This document shows positions 17,997-26,980 of a stretch of 64,000 nt of DNA, piece after piece; the stretch's first letter is position 1; each line of letters starts with the position of its first letter. Where the stretch lies: the NCBI GenBank assembly GCA_963663225.1, contig OY760142.1, positions 960,001 through 1,024,000 of the forward strand, written 5' to 3'. A model generated the notes under the pieces. It worked only from the letters and a program-made list of their open reading frames with translations, searched no databases and had not been told where the DNA came from. A program made the position numbers and the translations under genes. Source of the stretch: Nitrospirota bacterium. Its GTDB lineage: Bacteria; Nitrospirota; UBA9217.

Positions 17997-18928
17997 GCGA
18001 GCATCCCCTTCACAATCATGTCAACGGCCTCCGAAGGAGAAAGTCCATGAGCCATGAGCGTCTCCATCTGCTTTTTATCGACGCTGCCGATAGAGGCCTC
18101 GTGCGTCACCTTTGCCAGCGGATGATTCACCTGGACGAAGGGATACGCCTTTGCCACGGCTTTGTCCTTCACAATCTCCATGCAGTCCACGTGGCCCCGC
18201 GCTCCCGCTGCATTGCCTTCGGTAATGCCGGTGATCTCGGCAGCGGCTTCATCCTCGACCGCGACCCGGGCTTTCACCAGACCCCGGGCGTTCTCCCCTT
18301 CGAGTGCGACCCTCTCCTTTATTCTAATGTCGTCATCTGCATGTCCAAAGACGCGGGCCGTCATCTCCGCCACCGCGTTTTCTCCTGCACGCACGTCGTA
18401 ATCGATCGCGAGCCTGCCGACCCTGCCGTTCACGAGCGTGAAGTCGGTATAATACCTTCCGCCCTTTCCGATCCGGACGACGAGCTTCGGCACGACCTCA
18501 ATTCCGCCGTACAGACCGTGGTAATGGGTCTCCGAGTACCGCATTTCCGCCCCCTCGCCTATCTCGACCGTTGCATCCATGAGGTGCCTCACCTTTTCCG
18601 CTTTTGGAAAAATGCAGTGGGCGATGAACTTTGCTGAAGCGCCGCGTTCAAGCCTGACGTTCATTTTTATTTTTTGCAGTCCTTTTTTGTGCACGATGCC
18701 GAAGCAGAGATGAACGGGGTTTTTTATGACGGCCCCTTCCGCAACGCTGATTGAGGCCGATATGCCGTTCCGCATTTCCCGGGTTTTCACCTTCATGCCT
18801 TCGATTCCCTGCAGGCTCACGATCCGGTTTTGATTCACGACAAGATGCGCCGTCTCCTTGTCGGCAAGGACGCTCTTCTCACCTCCGGCCGCTCCAAACG
18901 CCTCCATCAGGGCATCGAGTTCAGACAT
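17993..18928 (-). CDS. SufB/SufD-family Fe-S scaffold (SmsB-like)
   Basis: Beta-helix family; PVHLCFG, GHVDCMEIV, THEASIGSVD..Q.E.LMAHGL; about 311 aa short form. Confidence 0.88.
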   Translation of the reverse strand: MSELDALMEAFGAAGGEKSVLADKETAHLVVNQNRIVSLQGIEGMKVKTREMRNGISASISVAEGAVIKNPVHLCFGIVHKKGLQKIKMNVRLERGASAKFIAHCIFPKAEKVRHLMDATVEIGEGAEMRYSETHYHGLYGGIEVVPKLVVRIGKGGRYYTDFTLVNGRVGRLAIDYDVRAGENAVAEMTARVFGHADDDIRIKERVALEGENARGLVKARVAVEDEAAAEITGITEGNAAGARGHVDCMEIVKDKAVAKAYPFVQVNHPLAKVTHEASIGSVDKKQMETLMAHGLSPSEAVDMIVKGMLA

Positions 18929-19637
18929 ACACGCACGTCTCCTTGTCGCAAACAAGACATTTTTTTGATTTGTAATACGCGGCAACGTTGGCCGGGTTGC
19001 CGGAACAGATGATCCTGCCGTTGCACACCTGCGATGCCTGATCAGCGATGAGGGCGATTTCTTCGCGGTGCGTGATGAGCAGGACGGCGGTTCCCGCCTG
19101 CTTGAATGCCTGTATCACGTTGATGATGTCCTGCGTCGAGAGCATGTCGATTCCCGAATCAGGTTCATCGAGGACCGCGAGCTTGGGACTGAGCGCCAGA
19201 AGTGACGCGAGTTCGATCCGTTTTCGCTCTCCGCCGCTCAACGATTTATCTACCATCCTTGATGAATAAATGTCCGGACTGAGCCCCACCATCTCCAGAC
19301 AGCGAAACGGGTCGGACGTCCTGCTTCCTGCGGCAAGGTAATCGCGGACCGAGATGCCCTCGAACCGCACGGGCTCCTGCCATGCCATGGTTATGCCGAG
19401 TTTCGCCCGTTCATGGATTTTCAGATCATTAATCAGCTGTCCTTCGAAGAGCAGTTCTCCTGCTGTCGGTTTGTATCCTTCGCATCCCATGATTACATAG
19501 GCAAGCGTGCTCTTTCCGGTCCCGTTGGTTCCCAGCAGGGCATGAACATCCGATGGTTCCATGCTCAGGGAAAGCCCATCAAGTATTTTTTTCCCCGCGA
19601 CATGAAACATGAGCCCAGAAATCTCAAGCAGCGGCAT
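18921..19637 (-). CDS. SufC-family ATPase (SmsC-like)
   Basis: GTNGTGKST, LSGGERKR, LDEPDSGID, C-terminal CLVCDKETC; overlaps the start of the sufB-like gene. Confidence 0.88.
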   Translation of the reverse strand: MPLLEISGLMFHVAGKKILDGLSLSMEPSDVHALLGTNGTGKSTLAYVIMGCEGYKPTAGELLFEGQLINDLKIHERAKLGITMAWQEPVRFEGISVRDYLAAGSRTSDPFRCLEMVGLSPDIYSSRMVDKSLSGGERKRIELASLLALSPKLAVLDEPDSGIDMLSTQDIINVIQAFKQAGTAVLLITHREEIALIADQASQVCNGRIICSGNPANVAAYYKSKKCLVCDKETCVYV

Positions 19638-19663
19638 GATTGCTGGCAACCTCCCTCATTTTT

Positions 19664-19672
19664 ATTGTATCA
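19664..19672 (-). promoter_or_regulatory. Possible internal extended -10 promoter for smsC-smsB-trx-hgcAB
   Basis: Minus strand TG-A-TACAAT just upstream of the GAGGGAGG RBS; no clear -35. Confidence 0.4.
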
Positions 19673-19728
19673 TGCCTGATACGCTCGTCGTGCCGGTCTT
19701 TTGCCTGTGGCAGTGGAAGTAACATTTT

Positions 19729-20445
19729 TTATTGTCCAATCTTCAGCCTGTCTGCAAAGTAAGAAGGCAGTCCGCTGGCGACGATGGCGTCGGCTGTTTT
19801 TTGAACATCATACGCAATCCTCCGGAATGTAACCTCCACGTCATTCGCGGTTATATCAATCAGAGTCAGACAGCTTCGCGAATCCCCATCCTTCGGTTTT
19901 CCCACACTTCCGGCATTGACAAAGAATCTGTTTTCAATTTTTTTCGTGTACGGCTTGTGGGTATGTCCATAAATCATGATATCGGCACTGCCTTTTCCGG
20001 CCATTTCGTGAAAGAATTTTTCCGATCGGTCCTCATACCAGTAGAGATTGTTCTTTTTCGGCGTGGCATGAAACAGCCAGAGTTTTTTACCTTCCATCGT
20101 GCGTTTGATTTCCGTCGGCAGATTTTTCATATATGCTTTGCTTTTGGGTGATGCATGCTCTTTTGTCCATGCGAACGAACGGTTCGCCATTTCTTCCTGC
20201 AGCGGATCTTCGTATTTACACCCGCAGTGTTCCCGGTCATTCGCCACGGTCTCGTCGTAATTTCCCTGAACGCCTTCTATGTTGTGCTCAATGAGGAAAT
20301 CAACGACCTCGTTCACAAAAGGAGCATACCCCCCGAGATCGCCGAGGTGAAAAAATTTTTCTGCTCCGGCAGGCACAGCTTCGCCGTAGGCGGCTTTCAA
20401 TGCCTCAATATTGCCATGAATATCACCGAAAACCGCTATTTTCAT
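19729..20445 (-). CDS. Calcineurin-like metallophosphoesterase with CGC motif
   Basis: DIHGN, GDLGGY, GNYD, HCGC, GHTH, NAGSVGKPKDGD. Confidence 0.88.
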   Translation of the reverse strand: MKIAVFGDIHGNIEALKAAYGEAVPAGAEKFFHLGDLGGYAPFVNEVVDFLIEHNIEGVQGNYDETVANDREHCGCKYEDPLQEEMANRSFAWTKEHASPKSKAYMKNLPTEIKRTMEGKKLWLFHATPKKNNLYWYEDRSEKFFHEMAGKGSADIMIYGHTHKPYTKKIENRFFVNAGSVGKPKDGDSRSCLTLIDITANDVEVTFRRIAYDVQKTADAIVASGLPSYFADRLKIGQ

Positions 20446-20558
20446 TTAGCGCCTCTTTCAATACCGGTCAAGGACTTCATCAACGCTCGCCGCCTAAGTA
20501 TGAATAGCTGAAATCGGAACTGCTGCAGGCCTTGTATGCCTGTGAAGACACCACTTTA

Positions 20559-21341
20559 CTACGCCCCTCCTGTAAGCTTTTGATGCAGAGAGGAAAGCTT
20601 TTTTCGATACAGTTCCCTGACAAGCGTTTCGTCTTCCGCCAGCGGTTTAACCGGCACTAAATCCATTACCTGGTCGGCAGACAGCCCGGAGTCTGTCATT
20701 ACGTCTGCCGCACCGTGAACCATATACTTGATGGCATTGGCGGCACTGTTCCGTGAAATGCCGAAAGCCTCCGCAAGCGCCAGAAGTTCATAGAGCTGAA
20801 ACCAAAGGTATGTCGGCCCCATGGCGCTCACGATTGCGTACGCTTCGAGTGTCTTCTCTTCTTCGACGGGACACTCCCCGAGATATCCGAATATTTTTTT
20901 TAATTCGGTCGTTTCCTCCCGGGAAAGCATCGATGAAAACGTAATCGGGTTATACCCTTTATTCACGAGAGACGGCGCATTCGGTATCGAGCGGGCAATC
21001 CGCTGAAATCCGCCGAGCAGTTCAGAAAGTTTGGCAATCGAAAGTTTCGGCGCAAGTGAAATCACAATGGTGTCCGATTTCAGAACGCTTTTTATTTCAG
21101 ACAGGAGAGCACCCATTGCCGGCGGATGCAAGGCTAAAAATACAAGGTCCTGCGCCGACGGTGCCGCGTTATCGTTCAACGCTGTCGCAATGCCTGGAAA
21201 CTCATTGCGCAGGGACCGCAAAACGGCTTCGTTGTTGTCACTCACAATAATGTTTCGAGGAAGCTTTCCTGCACGCTGAAACCCTCCCAGCATGATTTTG
21301 GTAATCCTGCCGCCGCCGATAAAACCGACTGATTTTTCCAT
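20559..21341 (-). CDS. Pyrroline-5-carboxylate reductase-like NAD(P)-binding oxidoreductase
   Basis: Rossmann GFIGGGRI, RSIPNAP, SAMGPTY; lacks the canonical ProC SPGGTT motif. Confidence 0.7.
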   Translation of the reverse strand: MEKSVGFIGGGRITKIMLGGFQRAGKLPRNIIVSDNNEAVLRSLRNEFPGIATALNDNAAPSAQDLVFLALHPPAMGALLSEIKSVLKSDTIVISLAPKLSIAKLSELLGGFQRIARSIPNAPSLVNKGYNPITFSSMLSREETTELKKIFGYLGECPVEEEKTLEAYAIVSAMGPTYLWFQLYELLALAEAFGISRNSAANAIKYMVHGAADVMTDSGLSADQVMDLVPVKPLAEDETLVRELYRKKLSSLHQKLTGGA

Positions 21342-21494
21342 AATATTCTCCCACTTTTAGCGTTTCCTGCATATCCGTGATTCCGATGCAGGCAGACAAC
21401 TTTTTTATGTTTGTTCCGGAACGGATAAAGCGTCTAATCTCAAACAGAATGTGAGCACATCATTTTTACCACGGCCTATATCTGATGCATATCT

Positions 21495-22577
21495 TTACTT
21501 GTGAAGATCGGCACTGGCTACCGTACAATATTTTTCTGCAAAAAATTTTTTCTGAATCCAGAACGAGACATTGACCAGACCGATCAACACCGGCACTTCT
21601 GCCAAAGGCCCGATGACTGTTGCAAATGCGGCTTCCGAATTGATACCAAAGACCGCCACGGCTACGGCAATGGCCAGTTCAAAATCGTTCGACGCCGCGG
21701 TGAAGCTCAGCGTTGCAGATTTCGGATAATCCGCGCCGGCTTTTTTGGCAATATAGAACGTGAGCAAAAACATAAACACGAAATACATGAACAGCGGGAT
21801 GGCGATCCGCAGCACATCCAGCGGCAGTTTGATAATGTATTCACCCTTGAGTGAAAACATCACAAGGATCGTAAACAGCAGTGCGATCAGGGTGATCGGG
21901 CTGATCTTCGGAATAAATTTTTCATGGTACCATTTTTTATCTTTAAGCCTGATCAGAGCAAAACGGGTAAGCATGCCTGCCAGGAACGGGATGCCAAGAT
22001 AGATGAAAACGCTTTTTGCAATCTGCCCGATGGTCACATCCACCACGACTCCGCCCAGACCGAAAAAGGGCGGAAGAATGGTAATGAATATCCACGCATA
22101 TATCGGGTAGGTAAACACCTGAAACAGTGCATTGAACGCGACAAGACCGGCGACATAGTCAGGATCGCCGCAGGCAAGATCGTTCCACACAAGCACCATG
22201 GCAATGCATCGCGCCAAACCCACCAGAATAATACCGACCATATACCCCGGCATGTCCGGGAGAAGCATGATGGCAAGCGCGAACATGACTATCGGTCCCA
22301 CAATCCAGTTTTGCACGAGGCTGATCGCGAGAATTTTGTAATTGCTGAAAACCTTCGGCAGATCCTCGTAGCGTACTTTTGCCAGCGGAGGATACATCAT
22401 GAGTATGAGCCCGATGGCGATGGGAATATTTGTCGTTCCTGACTGGAAGCTGTTGATTATGCTCTCAACTTCCGGGAAAAAATAGCCAAGACCGACACCG
22501 GCAGCCATCGTAATGAAAATCCAGAAAGTCAAGTAACGATCAATAAAGGAAAGTCTTTTCCCCTCCTGTTCGCTCAT
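21495..22577 (-). CDS. acr3: ACR3-family arsenite efflux transporter
   Basis: [49 protein letters not shown]. Confidence 0.96.
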   Translation of the reverse strand: MSEQEGKRLSFIDRYLTFWIFITMAAGVGLGYFFPEVESIINSFQSGTTNIPIAIGLILMMYPPLAKVRYEDLPKVFSNYKILAISLVQNWIVGPIVMFALAIMLLPDMPGYMVGIILVGLARCIAMVLVWNDLACGDPDYVAGLVAFNALFQVFTYPIYAWIFITILPPFFGLGGVVVDVTIGQIAKSVFIYLGIPFLAGMLTRFALIRLKDKKWYHEKFIPKISPITLIALLFTILVMFSLKGEYIIKLPLDVLRIAIPLFMYFVFMFLLTFYIAKKAGADYPKSATLSFTAASNDFELAIAVAVAVFGINSEAAFATVIGPLAEVPVLIGLVNVSFWIQKKFFAEKYCTVASADLHK

Positions 22578-22942
22578 TTTTTATTCCTCCTTGACACGAC
22601 TGTGCAGCAGGTACTGCCGTTTTTTTGCAGCGTCCACTTCTTCAGTCTTGCCGCATCCGCTGTTGTTGTATCCTGCGGCATCCGCTCAAGCACTGACAAT
22701 ATCAAAAACCGCTTAAAAGCATCCGATTCATCAAGCCGGTAGTGCATCCACTTGCCTTCTTTCCGGCTCCTGACCAGACCGGCGTCCTTTAAAACGGTGA
22801 GATGAAACGAAACCTTGGGCTGAATGAGGTCAAGCCCGGCAACGAGATCGCAGACACAGACCTCACCCTTTTCAAGCAGCTTGATAATCCGCAACCTCGT
22901 CTCGTCGGAGAGGGCTTTAAAGACATTTGCCAGATTGTTCAT
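22574..22942 (-). CDS. arsR: ArsR/SmtB metalloregulator
   Basis: [19 protein letters not shown] As(III)-type site, HTH, extra C-terminal CC; ATGA overlap with acr3. Confidence 0.92.
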   Translation of the reverse strand: MNNLANVFKALSDETRLRIIKLLEKGEVCVCDLVAGLDLIQPKVSFHLTVLKDAGLVRSRKEGKWMHYRLDESDAFKRFLILSVLERMPQDTTTADAARLKKWTLQKNGSTCCTVVSRRNKK

Positions 22943-22976
22943 TATTGCGGTCCTTTCGCAAGAAAATAAAAAACTT

Positions 22977-23027
22977 AATATATAAACTTTTTTTTATATA
23001 TTTTAATTAAAAAATCCATAAAGTCAA
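22977..23027 (-). promoter_or_regulatory. arsR promoter with palindromic operator
   Basis: Minus strand TTGACT-16-TAAAAT; perfect inverted repeat AATATATAAA-N6-TTTATATATT (22977-23002) overlapping the -10/+1 region. Confidence 0.7.
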
Positions 23028-23083
23028 GCATTATATTGCAAATAATATTACTATTAATTAATTTTTATTGATTTATTGCGAAC

Positions 23084-23130
23084 ATAAACAAACCCCTTCA
23101 CCTCTGCAGGCTAAGCGTGAAGGGGTTTGT
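23084..23130 (-). terminator. Intrinsic terminator ending the marR-queG-like-hydrolase unit
   Basis: 14-bp perfect stem ACAAACCCCTTCAC (23088-23101) / GTGAAGGGGTTTGT (23117-23130) with T-rich tail on the minus strand. Confidence 0.7.
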
Positions 23131-23180
23131 AAATTTTATCAGGATGCGTCCGTTGTGCGGTAAATCATGTGTAACATTTT

Positions 23181-24086
23181 TTACAGCTTGGCTTTAAAAA
23201 AGCTGCAAACCTCATGCTGAAATAATTGGTGTCCTTTCTGCACATGCATCATATGTCCTGCGTTTGGGATGACGACGTAGCGCTTATACGGATTGGGAAG
23301 CTGTTGAAAGAACGGCAGCAGGCCGTCCAGATCGGCGACATCATCATACTCTCCGTGAATAACCATCGTAGGAACCGGCACCAGACGCGGGCTCACCATG
23401 GGTGTGCTGGTAATCAGGTCGAGCTGCGGACCGGTCGGAGTCCTGGCTTCCGCCTGCGCGGCCGCCTTCGCATACGCGTCCACAACCGCAGGATCGTTCG
23501 CCTCTGCCGGCGTCATGGAGTAGAAGCGCGGCTTCCATCCTGCTTCGGGAATGCTGATATATGCATTTTTTCTGAAGGTGTCTATCCTGGGCCTTCGTTT
23601 GGCGATATCCGGACTGTTCGCGTGCATCTGAGCGTAGCACACATACTTGTCAACCTTGTCGGCATGAGCCATGATAAACATGCCGCCGTACTGAGTGCCC
23701 CACGACCACCCGAGAAGATTTATCTTCTGGGCGTTTCTGAGATTCAGGACATAACTCGCTGTAGCGCCGAGGTCCTCGCAGGCTTCCGCCGTGGTTATGT
23801 GGCCTTCGGGATGGGTCGATCGGCCGAAGCCTCGCACATCCGGCGCGAACACATCGAACCCTTCTCTCGCCAGCCGGTCCATCAAGCTGTACGAAGGTTG
23901 CCCCGGAACCTGAAGATCGAAACTCTCCCGGCCTGCTGTGGCGGAACCGTGCGCCAGGATGACCACAGGTTTGCCGTGTGGGTTTCCCTGGTGCTTCTCC
24001 CAAAGATACAGTCTGATCCCATTCTGCTCCACCCAGTGCTCGGAGCCGATTATTTTTTCTGTTTTACCGCAATTTTTTTCGCTCAT
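23181..24086 (-). CDS. Alpha/beta-fold hydrolase
   Basis: HG oxyanion motif, DVRGFGRS, nucleophile elbow GWSWG, GEYD, GH. Confidence 0.88.
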   Translation of the reverse strand: MSEKNCGKTEKIIGSEHWVEQNGIRLYLWEKHQGNPHGKPVVILAHGSATAGRESFDLQVPGQPSYSLMDRLAREGFDVFAPDVRGFGRSTHPEGHITTAEACEDLGATASYVLNLRNAQKINLLGWSWGTQYGGMFIMAHADKVDKYVCYAQMHANSPDIAKRRPRIDTFRKNAYISIPEAGWKPRFYSMTPAEANDPAVVDAYAKAAAQAEARTPTGPQLDLITSTPMVSPRLVPVPTMVIHGEYDDVADLDGLLPFFQQLPNPYKRYVVIPNAGHMMHVQKGHQLFQHEVCSFFKAKL

Positions 24087-24167
24087 GCATGCTCTCCTGT
24101 TCTGAAATTAATCCGCTGTTGTTCCTAAAGACGGCAAATACACGGAAAAGGATACACTCCGAATTGT

Positions 24168-25298
24168 TCAGGCCGCGGCAAGGGCCGCTTCAATTTCTTT
24201 TCTGGCATCATCTGACGTTTCCCGGCTCAGGCTCAGTTCAAGAATTTGCTTCGCTTCGCTGCCTCCGATTCTGCCCAAAGCCCAGGCGGAATATCCACGG
24301 ACAACATCCTCCGGATCCTGCATGGCCGTGCGGAGATCTTGTATATATCCGGGATCTTTCGTATTGCCGAGCGCGATGGCGGCATTTCTCTGGAACCATT
24401 TCTTTTCCTTTATATAGTTATACATCAAAGGCTGCACTCTTTGCGCATAAAAGTCATCAGTCATGTTCAGCATTTTGCGCAGACTGAAATCCTGTGCGAT
24501 CTGCTCAAGGAAGGGGTCCGGAGGCAGTTTCATTTTCAACCTCGCCTGATTGCGGGGACAGACTTCCTGACAAACGTCGCAGCCGTGAACCCGGGTCCCC
24601 ATTTTTTCCCTGATTTCTGCAGGAATGGTGCAGCTCACCCCGGGCCGGTTATTGGTCCACCAGTTGTTATACGAGATGCACCGCCGGGGATTCAGTTTGA
24701 GCGGTTCGTAAATCGCGCCGGTAGGGCAGGCGTTCATGCACGCCTTGCAATTGTCCGGACACTGTACCTCCAGCGTGGGGGCATCCTGCTCAAGTTCGGC
24801 ATCCACGACAAAAGAGCTGAGCACCACAAACGACCCGATTCCCTCGACATACGAAAAATTGTTCTTTCCGTAACGAGAGACCCCGGCACGGGCGGCTACC
24901 AGCCGCTCCGGGTGCCAATGCTCATACGGGCTTACCCGGCAGCCGTTTTGTTCCAAAAATTTTTTCAGCAATTCAGAGCGGGCGCCGTTGATGCGATGCG
25001 GAGGGGCCATATAGCACCGTGCCTGATAAATCCGGCCGATCTTGCCCAGCAATTTTTCCGGAAAAGACAGGGACGCGTAATCATAGGCGACCGATACTAT
25101 CGACTTAGCTGCAGGAAAAATGTTTCGTGGATTCGCCGCTTCCAGCGGCTTGCGGGTCGAATCAATATAGAAGGAATACATTTCACGCCGGGATTTTAAA
25201 TCTTCACTGTAGTCGGGAAAACCGTCCGCCGTGGTGATGCCCGCCTTGCAGTAGCCGAGGTCCAGAGCGTATTCTTTTATTTTCCGTGCTAATGACAT
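24168..25298 (-). CDS. QueG-like cobalamin/2x[4Fe-4S] reductase with C-terminal HEAT repeats
   Basis: GKN, CPDNCKACMNACPT, RCISY, GCDVCQEVCP, RNAAIALGN, AWALGRIG. Confidence 0.78.
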   Translation of the reverse strand: MSLARKIKEYALDLGYCKAGITTADGFPDYSEDLKSRREMYSFYIDSTRKPLEAANPRNIFPAAKSIVSVAYDYASLSFPEKLLGKIGRIYQARCYMAPPHRINGARSELLKKFLEQNGCRVSPYEHWHPERLVAARAGVSRYGKNNFSYVEGIGSFVVLSSFVVDAELEQDAPTLEVQCPDNCKACMNACPTGAIYEPLKLNPRRCISYNNWWTNNRPGVSCTIPAEIREKMGTRVHGCDVCQEVCPRNQARLKMKLPPDPFLEQIAQDFSLRKMLNMTDDFYAQRVQPLMYNYIKEKKWFQRNAAIALGNTKDPGYIQDLRTAMQDPEDVVRGYSAWALGRIGGSEAKQILELSLSRETSDDARKEIEAALAAA

Positions 25299-25332
25299 GG
25301 TATCTGCCCCTCCATCAGATGGTGAACCTTTT

Positions 25333-25348
25333 GCGTGTATCTACACGC
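25333..25348. promoter_or_regulatory. Putative MarR operator upstream of the queG-like gene
   Basis: GCGTGTATCTACACGC, nearly identical to the palindrome upstream of marR. Confidence 0.65.
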
Positions 25349-25364
25349 GAACAATCAAAAAAAA

Positions 25365-25844
25365 TCAATCAGTCAAAGACTCGACCTTCATCAACAAAGA
25401 AACGAATTGTTCAAGGTTTTCCAATCCCAGCTTTGAGGAAATGGCTGCCTGCGCTTCTTCCCAATAAGGAAGGGCGGACTCCAGTGTCTTTTTGCCTTTT
25501 GGAGTAACCGTCAAGGGCCGCGTGCGGGAATCCTCACTGGCAGCATTTTCGATAAGCCACTGTTCTTGTAACGACTTGAGATTTCTGACGAGAGTCGTGC
25601 GATCAAGCCTCAATATCTGCGCTAATTCACTGGCGTTCAACGCACCGGACATCGAGATATTCCGCAGCATGGCGAATTGCGTGATTTTGAGTCCGCTTGG
25701 ATCCATGGCGGCATCATAAAATTTTGTGATCGCCCGCGAAGCCCTCCGCACATTGGAACAGACGCATTTGCTCGGGCTCCGGTAACTCGGTACGAGTCCA
25801 TCAGCTTGTCTTGTTTTAGTCATCCTGTCGTCCTGAGAAGACAA
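25365..25844 (-). CDS. MarR-family regulator with N-terminal CxC
   Basis: CVC.NVRRASRAIT, GLKITQF, DRTTLVRNL, DSR..LTVTPKG; start uncertain (TTG 25844 or ATG 25823). Confidence 0.9.
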   Translation of the reverse strand: MSSQDDRMTKTRQADGLVPSYRSPSKCVCSNVRRASRAITKFYDAAMDPSGLKITQFAMLRNISMSGALNASELAQILRLDRTTLVRNLKSLQEQWLIENAASEDSRTRPLTVTPKGKKTLESALPYWEEAQAAISSKLGLENLEQFVSLLMKVESLTD

Positions 25845-25854
25845 TCATGAAAAG

Positions 25855-25868
25855 CGTGTATATACACG
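25855..25868. promoter_or_regulatory. Putative MarR autoregulatory operator
   Basis: Perfect palindrome CGTGTATATACACG; half-site TATACACG at 25943-25950. Confidence 0.7.
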
Positions 25869-26295
25869 TTTTATATCGCATAATGATTTGCCTGTCAATA
25901 GAAAAACGATTCGTCAGGCGTGGCGCTTCATCAATGCACAAATATACACGTATTTTCAACAGCTTATTGCAAAAAACATAATGCCGAATGAGATGCCGGG
26001 GTTGCCGTTTTGCGCAGCACTGTTTTTTTACTACTGAGAAACTCAGGGCGTTCCTGATGAAAAGCAGTGATCATAAACAGCATTCTCTATTCTTTGCCGC
26101 AAGGGGATGAATCCGACTGTTGAACGATGGTTCTCCCTAAAAACTCTTTCAGCACCTGAGCATACAATGAGCAAACTTTTGGCAGGTCCCTGCCCCCGCG
26201 TAACTCTCTGGTTTTATTTGACATCCCTGCGGGTTTCTGGTAGAAATGTATATTCCCGTTAAAATTCTGCATTATTCTGCAAAGGAGCGGACTCG

Positions 26296-26907
26296 ATGAA
26301 AACAATAAAACTGGTTTTTGCGGTCGCACTCGGCCTTTGCGTAAGCGTTGCTGCCTACGCGCAATTCGGTTCGCCGCAACCCAAGACCATACCGGTCACC
26401 AAAAAGGAGATCAAGAAAATGTCTACAACAAAAGCAATTATTGAAACAAAATTCGGCAACATTACTCTGAAATTTTTTCCTGATGTCGCACCGGGACATG
26501 TGAAAAACTTCATCGATCTTGCCCAGAAGGGGCTGTATGACGGCACAACCTTTCACCGGGTAATTCCCGGATTCATGATACAGGGTGGAGATCCGAACTC
26601 GAAGAACCCGGACAAAAAGATGCACGGCATGGGAGGACCCGGCTACACGATTAAGGCAGAATTCAACGCGCGCCCGCACAAAAGAGGCACCCTCTCGATG
26701 GCCAGGGCGGCGAACCCGGACAGCGCAGGCTCTCAGTTCTTTATTTGCGTAAAGGATTCCTCGTTTCTCGACCGGCAGTATACCGTATTCGGGGAAGTAG
26801 AAAGCGGCATGGATGTTGCCGATAAAATCGTTTCCCAGCCCCGGGACGGAAATGACAACCCGAATGACCGCATCGAGATGAAAGTCAAGATTATTGAAGG
26901 AAAGTAA
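26296..26907 (+). CDS. Exported cyclophilin-type peptidyl-prolyl isomerase
   Basis: Signal peptide; FHRVIPGFMIQGGDP, GTLSMAR, GSQFFI, YTVFG. Confidence 0.95.
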   Translation: MKTIKLVFAVALGLCVSVAAYAQFGSPQPKTIPVTKKEIKKMSTTKAIIETKFGNITLKFFPDVAPGHVKNFIDLAQKGLYDGTTFHRVIPGFMIQGGDPNSKNPDKKMHGMGGPGYTIKAEFNARPHKRGTLSMARAANPDSAGSQFFICVKDSSFLDRQYTVFGEVESGMDVADKIVSQPRDGNDNPNDRIEMKVKIIEGK

Positions 26908-26980
26908 TCGCGTTTTTTGTCATGCGCCTGCTTTTTGATGCAACAACATTTTCTATTCGATAGTACGAGGACAGGACACC

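Noticed and set aside
15271-22942. Selenocysteine readthrough in HgcA, the thioredoxin or ars genes
   Set aside because: The relevant positions are ordinary Cys codons, and the TGA stops coincide with normal C-termini and start-codon overlaps
14972-25868. hgc/ars/marR block as a mobile genomic island
   Set aside because: No integrase, transposase, tRNA attachment site or flanking direct repeat seen; it may be accessory but mobility is unsupported
25981-26030. GCCGGGGTTGCCG resembling the 3' end of a c-di-GMP-I riboswitch
   Set aside because: The upstream P1/P2 elements are absent
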